Shown: piece after piece, positions 47,543-55,778 of the stretch | Layout of the letters: every line of letters begins with the position of its first letter | Numbering within the stretch: position 1 is the stretch's first letter | Origin: Candidatus Omnitrophota bacterium | Lineage (GTDB): Bacteria > Omnitrophota > Gorgyraeia > Zapsychrales > Fredricksoniimonadaceae | Length of the DNA: 64,000 bases | Assembly (NCBI GenBank): GCA_037131245.1 | Contig: JBAXRK010000001.1 | Location: forward strand, 88,385-152,384 | Reading direction: 5' to 3' | Translations under genes and position numbers: made by a program | The notes under the pieces: generated by a model | Told to the model about the DNA's origin: nothing | Databases searched by the model: none | Seen by the model: the letters and a program-made list of their open reading frames with translations, nothing else

Positions 47543-48478
47543 TTATTCCAATACTTCCAGTACCGTGTACAACGGGCGGCGCTTGACATCGTCGCCGATA
47601 CGCGCCACGTATTCCCCGATCAAGCCGATGGCCAAAAGCTGGATCCCTCCGATAAAAAGGATCGCGATCATGAGCGACGCCCAACCCACCACGGTATATT
47701 GTGTAAAGATCTTAAGATAGATCGTCACCAGGATGCCGATGAACGCCACCAGCGAAATGATCCCGCCCGCTATCGACGCGACCCGCAGCGGCGCGAACGA
47801 GAACGAGATCACTGCGTCGAGCGCGAAATTCACCATCTTCCACAGCCCGAACTTGGTCTGGCCGGCCACGCGCGCTTCGCGCACATAATTCACGGCTGAA
47901 CGCCGAAAACCCACCCAGGCGATAAGCCCCCTTAAAAAACGATGATGCTCTTCCATCCCGTTGATGATGTCGACGACCTTGCGGTCCAGCAGATAAAAGT
48001 CCCCGGAATCCTCGGCGATATCCACTTTCGCCAGCGAACGGATCAGCCGGTAGAACTGATGGGCCGTCCATTTCTTGAACCAGGTTTCACCCTTGCGCTC
48101 GGAACGCCGGCCATAAACGACCTCATGCCCTTCGCGCCAGCGCGCCAGAAAATCCGCGATGACCGCCGGCGGGTCCTGCAGGTCGGCATCCATCACCACC
48201 ACCGCCCGACCGCGCGCCGCGCGGATACCGGCAGTGATCGCCAGCTGATGGCCGAAATTGCGCGCCAGGCGGATAACCCGCACGCACGAAGGGTCTTCCT
48301 GCCTGATCGCCGCAAGCGCCACGTACGTGCGGTCGCGGCTGCCGTCATCCACCAAAATGATCTCATGGCTAACCTTCGCCGCCAGGCAAACACGCTTCAC
48401 TTCCCGGTAGAACGCCAGGATCCCGGCCTCTTCATTGAACGCCGGGGATACAACTGAAAGTTCGATCTCTGTGCTCAT
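47543..48478 (-). CDS. GT2 polyprenyl-phosphate glycosyltransferase (GtrB/ArnC/DPM1-like)
   Basis: The sequence includes LSVVSPAFNEE...ILVDDGSRDRT...VVVMDADLQDPP, followed by two C-terminal TM helices. This is the typical ArnC/GtrB layout. Confidence 0.85.
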   Translation of the reverse strand: MSTEIELSVVSPAFNEEAGILAFYREVKRVCLAAKVSHEIILVDDGSRDRTYVALAAIRQEDPSCVRVIRLARNFGHQLAITAGIRAARGRAVVVMDADLQDPPAVIADFLARWREGHEVVYGRRSERKGETWFKKWTAHQFYRLIRSLAKVDIAEDSGDFYLLDRKVVDIINGMEEHHRFLRGLIAWVGFRRSAVNYVREARVAGQTKFGLWKMVNFALDAVISFSFAPLRVASIAGGIISLVAFIGILVTIYLKIFTQYTVVGWASLMIAILFIGGIQLLAIGLIGEYVARIGDDVKRRPLYTVLEVLE

Positions 48479-50238
48479 GATCTGCCCGACCTCCGCTGCA
48501 ATATCATATATTCCTGCATCCGCCGCATCATCTCGATCGCGAACCCGCCCATAAAGATCCAGGCCTTGCGATTGCCCACCTCGACCACTTCCAACACCTT
48601 GTCATTAGGATGCAAAGGATAAGGACGGTCCACCGTGCCCTCATCGATGGTCATGGTCGTATAGATCGTGCGCTTGATGTCCAGCGCCGCCATGCCCGGG
48701 TACATCCGCACCCCGCCGTAAACGCAAGGGAACCCGTACACCGCCACCGGCCGGCTCCGGGATACATAGCCGAATTCAGGGATAGCCAGGGCCTGCGCGG
48801 TAATGAACGGCGCCACCACCGCCGACGCGCCAGCGTATTTATTCTCGATCTTCTCCGCCAGGGCCTGATACAGCTTGAGGTCATTGCGGTACTGTAAATT
48901 CTCCTCCAGCAAGACATAATCCACCGGGATCACATTATTACGGAACCCGTACGCGTGAAACTGCACGACCACCAGCGCGGTCACCAGCACCGCCACCTGC
49001 CGCACCCGGTCCGGCACCAACCGGGCAAAGGTCCAGAATAAAGTGAACAGCAAGAAAGGATACACCGCCACCCTGTACCGGGGCGCCAGCACCTGAAAAT
49101 TCAAAAACAGCAGGAACCACATCCCGGCGAAGATCAGCATCACGCGATTGACCCGCCAGGAAGCATCATCCTTGCCCCGCAACAACCATAATCCGGCAAG
49201 AACCACCCCGTTCGCCAGAAAATACCAGGTAATGGGGAATATCTTCAACGACGGCCATCCCGCCAGGAAGCGGATAATGACGCCGTTAGTGTGCTGGTCG
49301 CCCATCCAGTATTTGGCGGCTACCGACAGCCCGGCCATGCCCAGGAGACAGATGCTCCAGGCGATCCAGATATTCCGGCGGCGCCCCTCGATCTTCCCGA
49401 AAACGTCACAAGCCCCGACCGCGGCAAAGGCGGCACAGGCGAAAATGCCCGAGCCCTTGAACAACAGCGACAAGAGCGCGCAAGCCCCCGCCGGATGGAT
49501 GCGCCCGCGCGTCAGCGCCCACGCCGATAGCATGGCAAAGAACAGGCTGGGCATTTCCATGTTGATCGCTTCCAGCTGGGTCTGGAACACCGGCCAGGAC
49601 AGGACCAACACCGCCAGCAAACCGGCCGCTTCACGACAGAAAACCCGCCGCCCGATAGAGCGCACCGCGGTCACCACCGCCGCGGCCATCGCGAAGAACA
49701 CCAGATGATTGGCCACCAGGAACAGCTTGACCGATGGAAAAACCTTATACATCAGCGCCAGATACGTCGGGAAAGCCGAGGTGAAATAAACCCGTGGCCC
49801 ACCGGCCGCGTACCCGGGCTGATGAAAAAGACCGATATAATCAAAATTATTCTGCGCCAGCCACCAGCCTTCGGCGCAAGGCCCGCCGACTGCGTCTCCG
49901 TAAGGTGGAAAACCCAGCACATTCCATTTGGTCAGGATCAAAAATCCCAGGATGACCCCGAAAAAGCAGCGCGACGGTAGGTCTTTCCAGGGCCCGAGCG
50001 CCACCAGGATCAGTAGCCCGGCGCTGATAACCTGCAACACGGGCCCCCAGAGCAATTCTTCACCCCGGCCAAGATAAAACCCCACGCTTTGAGGGCCATC
50101 TGCCCCCGTCAACAGGCTCAGCAGGTTGAACTGCCCGCGATGAAACAATGCCTGGAACCATGCTGGCATCAGGCATTGCACCGCGTAAAAGGCCATCAGA
50201 AGAATAGCGCCGCTTATATAAAACTTATATTTAATCAT
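48475..50238 (-). CDS. Polytopic membrane protein, possibly a GT-C-type glycosyltransferase
   Basis: The product is 587 aa. It has about 10 or more hydrophobic helices in the first 400 aa, then a soluble C-terminal domain. It is translationally coupled (ATGA) to the GT2 gene. No diagnostic motif was recognised. Confidence 0.5.
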   Translation of the reverse strand: MIKYKFYISGAILLMAFYAVQCLMPAWFQALFHRGQFNLLSLLTGADGPQSVGFYLGRGEELLWGPVLQVISAGLLILVALGPWKDLPSRCFFGVILGFLILTKWNVLGFPPYGDAVGGPCAEGWWLAQNNFDYIGLFHQPGYAAGGPRVYFTSAFPTYLALMYKVFPSVKLFLVANHLVFFAMAAAVVTAVRSIGRRVFCREAAGLLAVLVLSWPVFQTQLEAINMEMPSLFFAMLSAWALTRGRIHPAGACALLSLLFKGSGIFACAAFAAVGACDVFGKIEGRRRNIWIAWSICLLGMAGLSVAAKYWMGDQHTNGVIIRFLAGWPSLKIFPITWYFLANGVVLAGLWLLRGKDDASWRVNRVMLIFAGMWFLLFLNFQVLAPRYRVAVYPFLLFTLFWTFARLVPDRVRQVAVLVTALVVVQFHAYGFRNNVIPVDYVLLEENLQYRNDLKLYQALAEKIENKYAGASAVVAPFITAQALAIPEFGYVSRSRPVAVYGFPCVYGGVRMYPGMAALDIKRTIYTTMTIDEGTVDRPYPLHPNDKVLEVVEVGNRKAWIFMGGFAIEMMRRMQEYMILQRRSGRS

Positions 50239-50280
50239 AATAGAACAAGCAATATATATGAACTACGGCCGGGATACAAT

Positions 50281-50334
50281 AAAAAAAATCCCCAACCCCC
50301 GAAGGCCGTTTAAAGGCCTCCAAAGGTCAGGGAT
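50281..50334 (-). terminator. Rho-independent terminator after the small secreted-protein genes
   Basis: The minus-strand RNA reads AUCCCUGACC...GGAGGCC-uuuaaac-GGCCUUC...GGUUGGGGAU followed by U8. It forms nested stems, a 10-bp outer stem with 2 G-U pairs and a 7-bp inner stem. Confidence 0.6.
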
Positions 50335-50357
50335 CATGAAAAACCGCTATAAACCGG

Positions 50358-50735
50358 TTACTCTTTAACGACTTTGATCAACGCCGCTTCGCGGACATTA
50401 TCCTTGAGCACATAACCAACCAGCACCTCCGTGCCATTGGCCAGGGAACCCAGCGCTACCGTTTGACCGGCCGCATCCTGGACCTGGGTAACAGACGTTA
50501 CCTGAAAAAAGGACCGCTCTCCCTTGGGCGAAGCCACCACCACTGAAGATTTCGTGCCTTTAGCGGGATCTTCCAGCACGATCGAACGCACCTTGCCGGT
50601 AAAGATCTTTGCCTCGACCGCCGCACCTGGGGCTGCCGTAACAGCCGCGGGAACCTTGGCCGCCGGGGCCGGTTGAGCAAAAGAAACAGGAACCAGCGCC
50701 AGCACAACAAGAACTGCCATTAACATCTGCTTCAT
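50358..50735 (-). CDS. Small secreted protein (about 125 aa)
   Basis: It has the signal peptide MKQMLMAVLVVLALVPVSFAQ. The mature part is beta-rich. The track start at 50744 is GTG, but ATG 50735 with an AGAAGGG SD is preferred. Confidence 0.6.
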   Translation of the reverse strand: MKQMLMAVLVVLALVPVSFAQPAPAAKVPAAVTAAPGAAVEAKIFTGKVRSIVLEDPAKGTKSSVVVASPKGERSFFQVTSVTQVQDAAGQTVALGSLANGTEVLVGYVLKDNVREAALIKVVKE

Positions 50736-50768
50736 AAAGAACACCCTTCTTTGCCGTTTGACCGGAAA

Positions 50769-51095
50769 TTACTTGCTCTTATGGGCCTTCTTTTTGCCGG
50801 CCTTGGAAATGCTCTCCGCCACCGTCGTACCCGCCTTGACCCTGGCTTTTACTTTATCACCGGCCTTGAGCGCTGCCAACTGTTCTTTATTCGCCAGCGT
50901 GAGCGTCTTGTCCGCGCCCGCTTCGTCCTTGATCACCACTTCGCCCTTGGCCACATCAACGGACACCACTTCGCCCTTGATGATCTCGACCGCGGCCTTG
51001 TTCTCAACCTTGGCTTTTTCGGCCTGGGCAAAGCTCATGGTAACGGGGAGCGCCACAAAAATAGCGGCCATCATAATTGCTGTCATCTTTTTCAT
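50769..51095 (-). CDS. Small secreted protein (108 aa) with a Lys-rich tail
   Basis: It has the signal peptide MKKMTAIMMAAIFVALPVTMSFAQA and a GGAGG SD. The mature part reads IKGEVVSVDVAKGEVVIKDEAG...LKAGDKVKARV, a CusF-like beta pattern. The Met/His/Trp metal ligands are absent. Confidence 0.6.
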   Translation of the reverse strand: MKKMTAIMMAAIFVALPVTMSFAQAEKAKVENKAAVEIIKGEVVSVDVAKGEVVIKDEAGADKTLTLANKEQLAALKAGDKVKARVKAGTTVAESISKAGKKKAHKSK

Positions 51096-51120
51096 CTTAC
51101 TACCTCCGGTTTATTTAACG

Positions 51121-51167
51121 TTATCCTTATCCGGCACTGCGGCCGGAATGTCAACAGGATAAGGATA
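51121..51167. promoter_or_regulatory. 11-bp perfect inverted repeat bracketing a TTGACA, upstream of the small secreted-protein genes
   Basis: The minus strand reads GGTATCCTTATCCtgTTGACAttccggccgcagtgccGGATAAGGATAAc. The arms are TATCCTTATCC and GGATAAGGATA. TTGACA is followed after 17 nt by GATAAG as a possible -10 element. Confidence 0.4.
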
Positions 51168-51211
51168 CCTGACGGACGATTAGAGGAAAATTAGAACAAG
51201 GTTAATTTTTT

Positions 51212-52681
51212 TTAACCAGAGGGCAGGATAACGGAAAACGTCGCGCCCTGGCCCGCCGCGCTTTTAAGCCGGATCTCGCCGCCATGCGCGCGCGCGATCG
51301 ACGCCGCCAGCGCCAGCCCCAGGCCGATGCCGGGCGTTTCCGCCCCATCCAGCCGCTTCACGCGAAAGAATTTTTCAAATACTTTTGCCTGATCTTCAGG
51401 CGCGATGCCCTCACCCGTGTCGGCCACGTCGATCCGCGCGCTACCGCCTTCGAGCCGGGCCGTGATCGCGACCTCTCCGCCCGGCGGCGTGAACTTGACG
51501 GCATTATGCGCCAGATTGAAAAACAGGCGCTTGAGATGCGCCCCGTCACCCATAACAAAAAGGCCCTCGGCCGGCACTGTCAGGGCAAGCCGCAGGCCTT
51601 TTTCATCCGCCAGGGCCTGAACATGGCGGCAGAGGTCCTTGATAAAAGCCCCCAGCTCCAGGCGCTGCATCTTGAAAACATCAAGCCGGTACTCGTAGCG
51701 GGCCAGCAGCAGCAGGTCCTTGATGATGAGCGTGAGGCGGTCCACCTCCTGAAGCATCACCCCCATCACGCGAGCTTCCTCTTCCCGCAGGCCCGGTCGC
51801 GAAAGCGCCAGCTCCAGCTCGCCCTTCATGACCGCCAGCGGCGTTTTGAGCTCATGCGCGACCTGCGAGCTGAACTCATTGATATGCATGAACGACTTTT
51901 CCAGGCGGCCGATCATCTGGTTGAACGAATCGACCAGCAACCCCATCTCACCGTCCTGCGTGGGCCCCGTCAGGCGCACGCCGAGATTCTTCTGGGAAAT
52001 ATTATTGGCGATGCGCGTGACCTCCAGCACCGGCTGGAGGATCCGCCGGGTGAGGAACGACCCCATAAAGACCGTCATCAGCAAAATAAACAGGACGCCC
52101 GCCGACATGAACATCAGCAGATTGGAAAGGATCTTTTCGACCGCGGCCAGCGGGGTCGCCAGCTGCAGGACGAACTCGCTGCGGTTTGAGAACATGAACG
52201 GATAATTGACGGCGTAAAAAGAGCCTCCGGGCAAGGCGGCCTCCACATAACAGACCCGCCCCTGGCACCCCGCCAGCTCGCGGGTGAACATCCGCTCCAC
52301 CGCCCCGCTTAGATTCGTCGAGCGCAGGACCACCTGGCCATGCAAATTAATAATACGGAACATATCCCCGGCCAGCCCCAACGACCGGCTGTCTTTTTCC
52401 CATAATTCATTGATGACCTCCCGGCCGCCGGAAAACTCACCGCGCTGGGTGAGGAACTGGCGCATCATCGCCACCGACGGCTGTTCCGCGTGGTCGAGCT
52501 CGGCGTAAGCGTCGATGATACCGTTGATCTGCTGGGCTTTCAGGCGCAACGCCTCGGCCGTATTGCGGTACAAGGTGTGCTTGACCGTCTGAAAAAGGTA
52601 AGCGCTGAACAAGGTCAGGATCAGGCAGAGGATGCCGGAATAAAGAAGGCTGGCCCGGATACGGATCGAATGAAACGGCAT
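51212..52681 (-). CDS. Sensor histidine kinase (two TM helices, HAMP, HisKA, HATPase_c)
   Basis: The H-box reads FSSQVAHELKTPLAVMKGELELAL. The N and G boxes read FNLAHNAVKFTPPGG, VADTGEGIAPED and GIGLGLALAASIARAHGG. The overall layout resembles CusS/heavy-metal sensor kinases. Confidence 0.85.
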   Translation of the reverse strand: MPFHSIRIRASLLYSGILCLILTLFSAYLFQTVKHTLYRNTAEALRLKAQQINGIIDAYAELDHAEQPSVAMMRQFLTQRGEFSGGREVINELWEKDSRSLGLAGDMFRIINLHGQVVLRSTNLSGAVERMFTRELAGCQGRVCYVEAALPGGSFYAVNYPFMFSNRSEFVLQLATPLAAVEKILSNLLMFMSAGVLFILLMTVFMGSFLTRRILQPVLEVTRIANNISQKNLGVRLTGPTQDGEMGLLVDSFNQMIGRLEKSFMHINEFSSQVAHELKTPLAVMKGELELALSRPGLREEEARVMGVMLQEVDRLTLIIKDLLLLARYEYRLDVFKMQRLELGAFIKDLCRHVQALADEKGLRLALTVPAEGLFVMGDGAHLKRLFFNLAHNAVKFTPPGGEVAITARLEGGSARIDVADTGEGIAPEDQAKVFEKFFRVKRLDGAETPGIGLGLALAASIARAHGGEIRLKSAAGQGATFSVILPSG

Positions 52682-52684
52682 GCT

Positions 52685-53353
52685 TTAGTCCTTGATCATA
52701 TAGCCCACGCCGCGCAGGGAGGTAATGAGCTTTTTATCGTGGCCGGTATCGATCTTGTTACGCAGATAGTTCACATAGACGTTGATGATATTGGTGAACG
52801 AATCAAAATCGTCGTTCCAGACATGCTCGGAGATCATGGTACGGGTCACCACCTGGCCGGCATTGAGCATTAAATATTCCAGCAAACCATACTCGGTCGG
52901 GGTAAGGACGATCTCTTTCCCCGCCCGGGTAGCCTGGCGGGTCAGCAGGTCGAGCTCCAGGTCGGCGACCTTGAGGCGGGTGGCTTTCTCGGGCCGGTTG
53001 CGCCGCAACAGCGCGCGGATACGCGCCAGGAATTCAGGAAAAGAAAAAGGCTTGGTCAAATAATCATCCGCGCCGGCGTCAAGCCCCTGCACCTTGTCCT
53101 GCAGGTCATCGCGCGCGGTCAGCATCAGCACCGGCGTCACGTTACGGTCCTTGCGCAGCTTGCGGCAAACATCGATCCCGTCGCGCCCCGGCAGCATCAC
53201 GTCCAGGACGATCAGGTCGTACGGCTGCGCCTGGGCCTGGAACAGGCCGTCCTCGCCGTTATCGGCCACATCGACCGCGTAGCCGGCTTCCTTGAGCCCC
53301 CTCTTGATAAAGGAGGAAAGTTTTCGTTCGTCTTCAATGACCAGGATGCGCAT
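52685..53353 (-). CDS. OmpR-family response regulator (CusR/CopR-like subgroup)
   Basis: The receiver domain reads MRILVIEDE...DLIVLDVMLPGRDG...GADDYLTKPF. The winged-helix output domain reads LTPTEYGLLEYLM...VNYLRNKID. By eye it aligns closely with E. coli CusR. Confidence 0.9.
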   Translation of the reverse strand: MRILVIEDERKLSSFIKRGLKEAGYAVDVADNGEDGLFQAQAQPYDLIVLDVMLPGRDGIDVCRKLRKDRNVTPVLMLTARDDLQDKVQGLDAGADDYLTKPFSFPEFLARIRALLRRNRPEKATRLKVADLELDLLTRQATRAGKEIVLTPTEYGLLEYLMLNAGQVVTRTMISEHVWNDDFDSFTNIINVYVNYLRNKIDTGHDKKLITSLRGVGYMIKD

Positions 53354-53394
53354 AAGGATGATGATACCAAAAAATATATTTGTCCGTTACTGTT

Positions 53395-54921
53395 TTAATG
53401 CCCGGACATCCCACCCGCCGCCCTGGAAGAGGCACCGGAACGGAACAGGAATGCCAACGGGATAAAACACAAACTTAAAATGCCGAACCATAAAAAATTA
53501 TCAATGAAAGCCATTAAGACCGCCTGCCGGGAGAGCTCCCGGTAAACGTGGCCCATGCCCGCCTGGGCCACCGCCGCCTGATACGCCGGGTCATACGGCG
53601 TCAGGTGCGCGACCATGGACACCCGATGGACCTGTTCCATGCGCGCCAGCAGCGTGGTCGCGACCGCGATGCCGATGGCGCCCCCGATATTGCGCGTCAG
53701 ATTGAACAGCCCCGCCGCGTTCCCGATGTCCTCATTACGGAGCGTCGACATGCTCAGTGTGGTGAGCGCGATGAACACCATCGGCAGCGCCGTGCCGTTG
53801 CCGATGACCGCCCACAGGACGGAGGTGATCGACATCTGCAAATTGATATTGCCCATCAGAAAACAGGTCCAGCCCAGGATAAAAAACCCGACACCCAGAA
53901 AAAGGCGATTGCTCACTTTGCCGCTGAGCCGGCCCACCACGATCGCCGCCAGGAAAGCCCCGATGCCGCGCGGGCCGATGGCCAGGCCGCCCTGATACGC
54001 CGAATACCCCATCATCGTCTGAAAGAACAACGGCAGCAAAGCCAGCGTCCCGTAAAGGACCGCGCCGACCGCGCCGATGGCTAGCGTTCCCAACGCGAAA
54101 TTCCGGTCACAAAAGATCTTTAAATTGACCACGGGATTCTTCACCCGTAACTCCCAGATAATAAATCCGACCAGTGCCACCGCCACCAGGCCCGAGCACC
54201 AGCACAGCCACGGGGCGTGGAACCAGTCAACCTCCTGCCCTTTATCCAGGATCAACTGCAACGTGCCCAGGCCCACCGCCATCAGCGAGAATCCAATGTA
54301 ATCAATACGCGAACGCACCTGCCGGATATACGGTGGGTCTTCCACAAAAGCCCGCACCATAAAAGCCGCCAGGATGCCGAGCGGCAGATTGATCAGAAAA
54401 ACCCAGCGCCACGACCAGTTATCCGTGATCCAGCCCCCCACGATCGGCCCGATGATGGGCGCCACCACCACGCCCATGGAAAAGACCGCCATGGCCTGCC
54501 CGCGCTTTTCCCTCGGAAAACTTTCCAGGAGTACCGCCTGGGAGATCGGCTGCAAAGCCCCGCCGCCGAGCCCCTGCAGGACGCGCGCGAAGATCAAAAA
54601 ACCCAGGCTGTTGGCCAGGCCGCACAGGACAGAGGATACAGTGAAAATAATAATGCAGACGATCAGAAAACGTTTACGCCCGAAAAAGCCGCCGAACCAG
54701 GCCGCGGCCGGAAGGATAATAGCGTTCGAGACCAGGTAACTGGTAAGGACCCAGGTAGATTCATGATTGGTCGCCGACAAATTACCGGCAATATGCGGCA
54801 GGGCGACATTCGCGACCGACGTGTCGAGCACCTCAAGCACGGTCGCCATCATGACCGATAAGGCGATCAGCCAGGGATGATGGCGCGGCTTCCAGGCCGC
54901 GGCGGCCGGCGCCTGGCTCAT
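53395..54921 (-). CDS. MFS drug/H+ antiporter, DHA2 (EmrB/QacA) family
   Basis: The product is 508 aa with about 14 TM helices. The N-terminal segment reads VMMATVLEVLDTSVANVALPHIAG, with LQGLGGGAL nearby. Its ATG overlaps the adaptor gene's stop (TGATG). Confidence 0.85.
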   Translation of the reverse strand: MSQAPAAAAWKPRHHPWLIALSVMMATVLEVLDTSVANVALPHIAGNLSATNHESTWVLTSYLVSNAIILPAAAWFGGFFGRKRFLIVCIIIFTVSSVLCGLANSLGFLIFARVLQGLGGGALQPISQAVLLESFPREKRGQAMAVFSMGVVVAPIIGPIVGGWITDNWSWRWVFLINLPLGILAAFMVRAFVEDPPYIRQVRSRIDYIGFSLMAVGLGTLQLILDKGQEVDWFHAPWLCWCSGLVAVALVGFIIWELRVKNPVVNLKIFCDRNFALGTLAIGAVGAVLYGTLALLPLFFQTMMGYSAYQGGLAIGPRGIGAFLAAIVVGRLSGKVSNRLFLGVGFFILGWTCFLMGNINLQMSITSVLWAVIGNGTALPMVFIALTTLSMSTLRNEDIGNAAGLFNLTRNIGGAIGIAVATTLLARMEQVHRVSMVAHLTPYDPAYQAAVAQAGMGHVYRELSRQAVLMAFIDNFLWFGILSLCFIPLAFLFRSGASSRAAGGMSGH

Positions 54922-55778
54922 CAGCGCACCTTGACCACCGGGACAGCGGACATCCCGACAGAAAAAGGATACCGGTCATCAAGCGCCTCGTCGAAAACGA
55001 TCTTCACCGGCACCCGCTGAACGACCTTCACATAATTGCCGGCGGCATTCTCCGGCGGAAAAAGGCTGAAGCGCGCGCCGGTACCGCGCTGGACACTGTC
55101 CACATGCGCTTTCCAGGTCTTGCCCGGATAAGCGTCGATCGTGACCGCCACGCTCTGGCCGGGGCGCATCCGTTCAAGTTCGGTTTCCTTGAAATTAGCC
55201 ACCACCCATTTCTTCTCCGGCACCACCGCCATCAGCGCCTGTCCGGGCTGCACGAAAGAGCCCGCTTCCACCGCCTTGCGGGCCACATGGCCGGCCGACG
55301 GAGAACTGATCTTCGTGTACGAAAGTTCCAGTTCGGCCTTACGTAGCGCCGCCTCGGCCCCGGCGGCCTTGGCCGTCGCGATCCGCTGGCGTAGCACCGC
55401 GCGGTCCGCCTGCTGCTGCGGTACATCCCCGCTCTCCCCCAATTTCTTATAACGCGCAGAATCCTCGCCAGCCTGCGCTGCCTCGGCCTGGGCCGCTGCC
55501 AGGTCGGCCTTCGCCATCGCCACGCGCACCTCAAAATCCCTGGCGTCAAGCGTGACCAGCTGCGTCCCGGGCTTGACGGCCTGATTATCTTTCACCAGCA
55601 CTTTCTGCACATGGGCCCCGACCTTGGCGCTGATCATCACCACGTCCCCTTCGATGAACGCGTCATCCGTCGAAACTGACCCAAAACTCCAATACACAAA
55701 AACCGCCAGGGCCAGGACAACCAGGACAGCGGCAGCGATAAAAGCCGGGGCTTTAAAGATCTTTTCCATGAACGTCAC
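54921..55778 (-). CDS. HlyD/EmrA-family membrane fusion protein
   Basis: It has a single N-terminal TM helix, then a lipoyl/coiled-coil region (AKADLAAAQAEAAQAGEDSARYKKL), then a beta-barrel. The track start is GTG 55778, which overlaps the TolC stop. An alternative start is ATG 55769. Confidence 0.8.
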   Translation of the reverse strand: MTFMEKIFKAPAFIAAAVLVVLALAVFVYWSFGSVSTDDAFIEGDVVMISAKVGAHVQKVLVKDNQAVKPGTQLVTLDARDFEVRVAMAKADLAAAQAEAAQAGEDSARYKKLGESGDVPQQQADRAVLRQRIATAKAAGAEAALRKAELELSYTKISSPSAGHVARKAVEAGSFVQPGQALMAVVPEKKWVVANFKETELERMRPGQSVAVTIDAYPGKTWKAHVDSVQRGTGARFSLFPPENAAGNYVKVVQRVPVKIVFDEALDDRYPFSVGMSAVPVVKVR

